Shown one piece after another: positions 37,001-46,000 of a stretch of DNA of 61,742 bases. Below the pieces are notes generated by a model that was given only the letters and a program-made list of their open reading frames with translations, was not told the origin of the DNA and did no database searches. Location of the stretch: IMG/VR virus record IMGVR_UViG_3300037465_000034; one strand, 5' to 3'. Each line of letters starts with the position of its first letter. Within the stretch, counting starts at the first letter, position 1. The translations under genes and the position numbers were made by a program. Source of the DNA: a virus.

Positions 37001-40000
37001 CGCGAGAGGCCATCCGGCCGCCGCCGCAGCAAGGGCAAGTTCCGGTCGCGCGATCTGGACGCGCTCGGCGCGAAGGAGCGCGCCGCTGCCGAGCGCCAGA
37101 TCGAGCGCCGCGGCGCCGACGCTGCGCGCCTGGCGCAGCAACTCGAGCTGCATCAGGGAACGCCGTGGGCGAAGCAGACCATTCAGGGCTTGATCGTCAG
37201 GGCCGCGATCGACGAATACGTCGCTGGGCGCACGCCCGACTTCGCCTCGATGCTGGACAGTCCGCATACGACGAACGCCAAAGCCGCCGCCAAGGCCGGC
37301 GTGGATGGCATCTGGCGCTATCTCATGCAGCGCGGCCTGATCGGCGAGGCTGGCAAGCCAGCGAACAGCGTCAATTCCAGCTTCGCCAACTGCACGCCGT
37401 CGGCCGACTGCGCGAGATTCTGCTACGCGGCGACCGGCAACTACACGGCGCCGAATCCGATCGTGAAGTCGGAGCTAACGAGCTGGGCCGTGGAGAACAA
37501 CCCGCAGCGCGCCGGCGACCAGATCGCGCACGAATACAAGACCACCGCCGAGTTCTACGTCAAGAAGGCACTGCGCCTGTTTGACAAGGGCGACGGCACG
37601 ATGAATTGGATCCCTGTGATACAGCGCCTGAACGCGCATGGTATCCGGGTTCAGGTGTTCAGCAAGAACCCCGACTTTTTGCGCGCCGTGCCGAAGATGA
37701 ACCTGCGGCTGCTCTCTGCCGACAAGTCCAACCTGGGGATGGTGCGGGCCAACCCTGATCTGCCGGTCGCCTTCGTCTACTCGGATGCAAGCCAGATTGC
37801 CTTCCTCAACGAGATCCGCGACCGCGTGCAGGTCATCCTGCCAATTAAGCTCGGGTCGAGACTGCTCTCGAAGGCCGAACTCGAAGAGCTGCCGGCCTGG
37901 ACGCGGCCCTACCAATGCCCGGTCAACAACGGCCACCGCAAGATTGGCCGCCAGCCGAATCAGTGGACCTGCGGGCGCTGCGACTACCGCGGCGGGGTTG
38001 GGTGCTTCTACGGCACGCCCAGCGCGAAGGCGTTGGAGGCGATTGATCGCCCAGCGGAGTATGATAGCGAAACCAGGTCGCTAGTTGAGGAGTTGACCCA
38101 TGCGAGCCGACAGCTCAGACCGACAGAACGTCGAAAACTACTTGGAGAGATCGATCGCCTCATATCTGCAATACGGGCTGGCGTTGACATCGGAACAGCG
38201 GGCGGCAGTGCGCGCGAAAATGCTGCGGCGGTTCAAGGAGATGATCGAGGGCTGGGACGAGGTGTCTATCCGATCACTTTCCATCCCTCCCGAGTTCGTG
38301 AAACTCGCCCCGAAGCGGATCTTGCGCGGTTTGAGGGAGAGGGCGGACGACTAGGGGCCGAGCGTGAGGTATCCGAAGATCAAGGAGAAGCGCCTCCTGG
38401 CGCGCGCGAACCGGCCGCCGAAGGTGGGGACGTTTACTCCGTCGCCGCGCTACAGGGTGCGCCGGGCGAAGCAGCGCAGGCCAGTGACGACCAACTCAAG
38501 CTGACCGTCGCCGAAGGCGGCACAGCAGCTCGCTTCAGCCTCGAGGATGGCGCCGCAGAGAGCGTCGGCGCAAGGCTGCTGGGAAGCGTCGTCACAAAAA
38601 CCGGGGAGCCGTGGCTGCGACCGGGCGATGAGAAGCGCGTCTATCACGGCACCAGTAGGTCATTCAATAACTTCGAGGCTCAATACGGTCTGCCGTGGTT
38701 CTATTTCTCGGAAAAGCACGAGATGGCAGAGAAGTTCGCTGCCTCAGACGAGCCCATTCCGCCGACACCAGACAAGCCGGAGCGCCCAGCAGATCGCAAG
38801 GTGACGATCGCAACGAAGGACGGCCCCGCCAATGTTGATGCATGGGACGTTGGCGTGCCCGGTCTTGTCGTCACCTATCAAGTGAAGTCTGGCTTATACA
38901 GCGTCACGCACGAGGCATCAGGATACGCCGCTGGTGGCGCATCCGAGTATTTCGTCGCCGTCATGGAAGCAGCCAGGCGGCTTGGCAGAGCTGGCAAGAA
39001 GCTCGGTGTCGATTGGAGGCGTGGCGCAGAGTTCTTAGACGCGCTGCCGCGAGACGAAAAGCGCAAGCTGGCCGTCGCTGCTCGCATTGTCGAGCCCGAG
39101 CAGCCAGACCCAATCGCCGCGATGTTCGGCTACAAGGGCCGCGCTGGCATCGGCGTCGGCAGCAACATTCGCCCGGCTTACCTTGCGATCAAGAAACCGA
39201 TCGATCTGCGCGGATTGCGCGGCGGCACGCATCAGACGCCGAGGCAATTGCTGGAAGCTCTAGCCAGTCACGGCATCAACCTGACGATTCGGGACATGCC
39301 GTTCTCGCATCGCAAGGTCTATCAGATGCTCAACAGTCCTAGCGTGGCCGAAAAGATCATGGCGGTGGCCCAGGAGCGCGGATACGACGGCCTGATTTTC
39401 AACGACGAGTTCGATGCCAGGCTGAAGGCCGTCAGTTACATCGTGTTCAGTCCGTCCCAGGTGATCCCGGCGTTCGTGCCGCGTTTCAGCCGCAACGAGC
39501 GCGGGTCAGAACTAGAGCGCCGCGGCGCGCGCGTCGCGGCGATGGTGAAGGCGCTGGAGAAGCGCGTCGATCGCGCCTATCGGCGTGGCGATCCTCGCGC
39601 AGAGGATTGGGACGCCATTCTCTCGGAGCTCAAAGCCATTGAGGAAGGCATCGCCGAGGCGCTGCAGGAGGGCTCGGTCGAGGATGTTGGCGAGCCATCT
39701 GCCGATGATGTTGGAGAACCCGCAGGCATCGAAGAGAACCTTGTCAGGTTGTATTGGGAATACCTGCAGGGCGGCCTGGTGCGCGGCGGGGAGCAGGAAA
39801 CCATAGCCGCCATGCGTGATGCGCTGTTCGCGCCCGAGGGCATCGTCGGATCAACGAAGATGCAGCCGCGCACAGACGCGACGGATGAAGAAGTTCTGGC
39901 TGCGGCGAAGGATGCGTTCGAGGCATGGGCGGCGCGACAGGCGCGCAATGCCGGCGCCTACTACACCACCGACGCCAAGGGCCAGCCGCTCTTGCACCTG

Positions 40001-43000
40001 GACACGGTGCAGCTCGTCGATCCACAGCCATTCCCTGGCGCGGTGCGCGGCGGGCAGGCCTACCAGCACTCGATCTACCGCGACGGCAGGCCGGTGGGCG
40101 TTGTGTCGCTGGTGTGGGAGCAGGGGCGCGTCAAGTCGCTCTTGCACATCCTCACCTACGACGAGGAGCAGGGCCGCGGGGTGGCGGAAGCGGTGGTGCG
40201 TGGCATCCTCATGCACAACCGCGGCGGGCTGCACATCATGTCGATTCAGGACACGGCGCGCGGCTTTTGGGAGAAAATGGGGACTGAGTATCTGGAGACC
40301 GAGGGGACAGAACCCGATGGCTACATCACACCGGAGAGTTACCGTGCAGCGCGGGGTGCTGAGGGAGATCAGGAGGCGCGACGCAGAGCGCGCGAAGCGG
40401 GAACGCGCCCAGCCGCCGTCGGAGAAGGCGCGCCTCGACCTGGCGACGCTCGATTCTCTCCGGCAGACGAAGCACTAGATGTAGACCGCGCGCTCAACGA
40501 CATCCGCCGTGCCGGCACCACAAGATATGACGAGCAGGCACAAAGCGACCTCGCCGTCCTTGAGCGCGAGCTGGGGCCGTTCAGTTCGACGGGTCGGGTT
40601 CCTCGCGGTCTTTACAGACCTGTTCGCCTGCCTGACGATTCATACCTTCAGGAGCTCGCCGGGACCTTCGGAAGGCGAGTCCTCGGGATCAGCTTCGACG
40701 AATCCAGAGCACCACCGAATTCCCCGCTTCTGACGGATTGGCAGGGCGTCAGCGTCGGCGCCGATTCCGGCATCATCGGCATCCGCTACGGCGCGAGGCG
40801 CCCGTCGATCGCGCTCACCATGCACGAACTGTCGCATGAGATTGAGCGCGAGGATCCCGAGACGTTCAACGAGCTGGTCGAGGCGCTGCGGCCATATATC
40901 CGCCAGGAGGAATACGGCCGGCGCTTTGCTGCCGTATATCGCGGGATGCCGGATGCCCGCATTCGCGGCGAATTTGTCGCGGAGGTGATGAGCGACGGCG
41001 CGATGTATCCCAAGTTTTGGGATTACGTCGGCCAATACAGCCCGGAGCTTCTGAGAAAGCTGGTCGGCGCCGTGCGCCGGCTGCTCGATCGCGTGGCGCG
41101 CGGGCTGGGCATGGGCTACAAGTGGAAGACCGCGCAATACGTCACCGACTTCGACGCCGTGATGAACGAGGCGGCGCGCGCCCTCGCCAAGTATCACGAC
41201 AAGCGCGCTCTCGCCGATATGCAGCGCGCCGAAGAGCGGCGGCATCCTGCCTTCCAGCGCGACGACCTGCCTGCGATGGACCTGGACGCGGACCGCCCGT
41301 TCCAGACCGTGGACAGAATCGAGGACATCGAGTGGAAGGAGATGATGGATTACTTCTCGGCGAACGTGAACGAGCGCCGGGTGCTGATCTACAAGCCGAT
41401 GCTGCCCGAGGATCTGACGTTATCGAAGGCGCACCGTGGTGGCGGAAGAACATGGTGGCACGCCGTCGTGGCGGGCAGCAGCAAGCACCTGAGAAACGGC
41501 GGCAAGGCTGACAGCTTCGAGGATGCCGCGCGCATCGCCTGGGAAGCATTGACACTGCTACCGCCGGTTACTGACACGGTAGAGACCCGCTCTGCGATGT
41601 ATAGCAAGCGCATGGTGGCGAAAATGGGTGGGCGCCGTGGCAAGCAATACGGCTATTACCACCGCAACACCGGCCGCGAGTCCGAATACATCGAGGGCGA
41701 AGAGCTGGTCGATGGCGTGGAGCCTAGCGAAGGCGACATCGAGCGCGGGCCAGACTTCTCGCGCGAAGGCACGGCAGCGCCAGTCTTCTACTACGCGCTG
41801 GACCGCCAGCTCGTCGCCTCTCCCATGAAGGCCGGCCCGGCGAAAGCCTGGCGCGACTACATCAAGGGATTGGTAGCGAAGGGTCTTGTCAAGCAGGACG
41901 AGGTTAATTGGAGCGGCATCGACGACCTGCTGCAAATCGACACCGAAGGGCATCGCATCCAGCGCGAAGAGCTGCTGTTCTACCTGCGCCAGATGAACAA
42001 GGAGATCGGGGATGTCGTCGCCGGCGAAGCCATTGACGCAGAATTCGAGGGTGGTGGTGCGCCAAGCGCCGCCCACAGGGCCAGCAATAAGGTGAATGAG
42101 CTGCGAGTTCAGCTCGATGCGCTGGGCTATGACGTAGAGTTCGAGGCGAACGGCCCGGACGCCGGGATGCCGCTTTATGTGCTCCGGCGCTCGGATAGGT
42201 CGGCGTTCTCGTTCGGTGACAGGTTCGCGCTCGGAGACGCGCTGCACGTTGATGAGCTGCCAGACGGCCCGCGTGAACTCGCCGAAGATATTTATCAGGA
42301 GGCGCAAAAAGCCTTGGAGGACGAGGACGGAATCGTCGCCCAACACCAGCAATCGTTGCAACCAAGGTATGTGAAGACGCGCTACGAGACCTACGGCCTG
42401 CCGGGATCTGAGCCGGGCACCTACCGCGAGATCCTGATGACGCTGCCATCGTTCACGATGGAAGGCGTCGCTGGCCGCGTCGTGTTCGAGGGGCGCTGGC
42501 GGGAAGCTGTCGTCGATGAGTTCATGAGCGAGATCGCCGAAGAGCATCCAGAGGTGTATTTGGCGGCCATCGAGGAAGATGGCGTTCGGAACATCGTCGA
42601 GTTCAGTGGGGCAGGAGAAACAGCGCGCGACAGCATCGACAATTTCGCCAGGATGAATAGTGGCGATGTCACCTACACGAAGGGCGCTGGCCCGGTGCCG
42701 ATGTTCACTTCAGCCCACTGGCAGCAAGGCAACGTCGTGGCGCACATCCGCGCCGATGTCGTGAAGGCCGAGGATGGCAAGAGCTATCTGCGCGTGATCG
42801 AGATTCAGTCCGATTGGGCTCAGCGCGCGCGCAAAGTCAGAAAGCAAGAGGTCGTCCGCGTCGCCACTGAAAAAGGCATCAGCCGCGAGGAAGCCGACAA
42901 GCTGGTGGCGAGGGACTTCGGATTCTCCGAGCCCCGAGCGATCAGGGACGCTTCTGACAAGGTGATCGTCACCGAGCGCCACTACCGCGATCTCGTCAAG

Positions 43001-46000
43001 AAAATGCTCGCTCAGATCACCGAGCACGACTACTTCGGCTTCGAGGATGAACATGGGGCTTTGGAGGACATCACCTACAATCCGATCACCTGGGAGCAGA
43101 GTTGGCAGACTCAGCGTAAAGTCGTCCCCGCTGAGTTCCGTCGCCTCGCCAAGGAATATCTTGAAGCCTACGATGCGTGGCGGCGGGCGACGCGCGAACA
43201 GGTTGCGATCTCGCCGTATCCTAAGGCGCCGTTCGTGGACAAGACAGAGGCGTGGGTGTCGCTCGCGGTCAAGCGCGCGCTGCGCTACGCCGCCGACAAG
43301 GGGCTCGCAGGCGTGGTCTTCGCCAGCGGCAAGCAGAATCTTTCCCTCTACGAAGGCATCCGACGGCGGGTCAAGCGCATCGAGTGGCAGCCGGAGAAGA
43401 GGCAGCTCAACATCGTGTTCAAGCCAACCCGCGACGGGCATGGTCTGCAAAACGCGGAGCCCGACCGCCTGGTAGAAGCTGTCGGCCCCAAGGAGTTGCC
43501 GGAATACGTTGGCGAGAACATCGCCAAGCAACTGCTCGAGCCAACACCATCCGCAGGCACGGATGCCTTCAACGTGACCAAGAAGGATGGTTCGGTGTGG
43601 CGCGTTGTCGAGGGCGAGAAGCTTCGTGTCGGCGGCGAAGGGCTAGTAGCTTTCTACGACAAGCTGCTGCCAGCCGTCGCATCCGGCGTCGTGAGGAAAC
43701 TCGGCGGCAAGCTCTCCAAGGTGACGACGCAAAAGAAAGAAGGATCGCCGCTCGCCAAAAAAGAGATGACCGATACGGTGGTCGCCTATATGGCAGGGGA
43801 CATCAGCGCAGAGGAATTCATCGACAACACCGGCTTGAACATGACGGTGAGCGACGTCGAGGCGGACGAGGACATGAATGGAGCATGGGACAGGCACGAC
43901 GCGCGAACGAGGACAGTCGCCAAAACGATAGCCAATCGCCTCACGCGGCAACACGGCCCCGCGCGCTCAACGACTTACAACGCGGTCGAGCTCACGCCGG
44001 AGATGCGCGACAAGGCGCTGGGCGGCCTGCCGGCGTTCAGCCCATACTACACGCCAGATCTAAAGATGCGCCTGGCCAAGGGTAGAGAATCGCCAGATGA
44101 GTGGGTGAAAGGGTTGCAGAAAAAATACCCGGTGACCTGGCGCGAAGTCGGCGAGCGCGAGCTGAATTCACTTGAGCGCGAGATCGGGCTGCGCCCGATC
44201 CCGTCCGAGCATGAACCAGGCCACGGCCCTGCGCTCGAGGACAGGTATGCGTCGTTCAGGTGGGTGACGGATGCGCGCTACGCGCTACGAAACGCCGGGG
44301 AACCGGAGCCTCCGGCCGGCATCGAGCGGCCGTTGTTCAGCCGCGAGGAGCGCGAGCCGCGCGAGGCCGCGCCAGTGGCGGCTGGGATTCGCAAGAAGTT
44401 CGAGACGGCCGGAAATTTTGACAAGACGACCATCAGGCAATACGACGACTACGTTGCCGGTGCGCCAGAGCTGGCGTCGGCGCAAGCCGGGCCGATCACC
44501 GTTCGCGTGATGCGTGACACCAATGGCATCTGGTTCGGGCCAGGCTATTTCATACTCACGCACCGCGACTTTCCGCAATACCCGGTGCCGGCGCACAGGT
44601 GGATGGACGAGTGGGAACCCTATATGCAGTCCGTCGAGGGCGTCTCCCGGGCCGACTACGCGAAACTGCCGCAGGAGGAGCGCGCGGCGATCGAGGCCAG
44701 ACGCCAGGCGAGGACCTACGCAGAGAAGCAATTCTTCGGCGATCTGGCCGAGTTCTACTGGAACGACAGGTGGCAAAAGCGCCTCGACGAGAAGTTCAAG
44801 AAGCGCACACAAGGAGTCGCCGGCCACGATTGGGTCAAGGCCCGCAGCGCCGCCGAGAACGACTACTGGAAGGCGCTGGTCTACGACGAGCTGGGCCAGC
44901 GCGCGTTCACGCCGCACGACTACCCGCCGGCCGACAAGCCGAATCATCCAGTGCGGAAGATCGTCCACGGCATCAAGGACAACATGGAGTCCGCGATTCG
45001 CGAGGCTCGCGCCATGATCGCGGAGAAAGGCTGGAAGTCCGTCGCCGAGGCCTTCTCCTGGTTTAGCGATGATCGCTCTCACGGCGGCGAGGACGTAGCC
45101 GAGGCCGCGCGCGCTGTGGTCAAGCAGTTCGGCGGCACCGAAAGCACGGCGGACCCCTTCGATTTCGTGACGCGAGTCCTGACTGACGCTGAGGCCGAGC
45201 CTGTTCTGAGCGCCTACACCGAGGCCGAGCTGCGCGCCAAGGAGCGCCGCGAGAAGGAAGGCAAGCCGGTGCCGACGCCGACCACGGGACCGGAGCCGCC
45301 ACTGCTGACGACGCCAGAAGGCGTGGCGCCCGCGCGCTTTGGAGAGGTGCCGAAGAGCCCGACCGGTCAGGGCAGCCTGTTCAGCCGCGAGACGAGGCGC
45401 GCCCGGCGCCGTGGATCCGATGTGCGATTCAGCCCGATGGAGGCGATCGGTGCGAGCGGTGTGCGCGGCGACCACGAGGACGGCCTGGCGCGTCGCGGCA
45501 GCAATTTCGTGCGCGACCTGCTGCACAGCTCGGGCAAGTTGTCCTGGTGGTCCAGAACCGTCGGCACTCCGCAGCACGTTGCCGAGACGAACGCCGAGTT
45601 CCGGCCCGTGTTCGACGAGGGGCAAGCCTTCATTCACGACGTCAGCCGCTTCGCCAACGAGGCCGCTGACGCCGCGAACGGGGATCCGAACGACCCGAAC
45701 GCCATGCACATCCTCCCTCGCATCGAGCAGTTCATGGACTTCCTCAAGAAGCACGCCAGCAACGAGGACCAGGAGCGGGTCATGGGCGCGCTGATGACGG
45801 GAACGCTGTGGGGCGGCGGCGACCCGCTGCAGGGCCGTATCTGGACCGACGAGGAGCTGCGCGCCGGCAGGGAGGTCGATGGCGACATCCGCCTGCCGGC
45901 CTTCACGCCGATGACGGAGGCGCAGATCAAGCTCTACCGCCAGGCGCTCAACTCGACGCGCGTGAGCTTGGACAACACCGCGAAGTCGATGATCGCGCGC

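Noticed and set aside
36217-37584. Long same-strand off-frame ORFs inside the giant gene (36217..37584, 43252..44085, 39816..40316, 31230..31823).
   Set aside because: Their translations are Arg/Gly/Pro-rich with no structure, while the giant frame keeps strong codon bias there. Only the five short intervals reported as embedded ORFs show a real frame switch plus SD-ATG.
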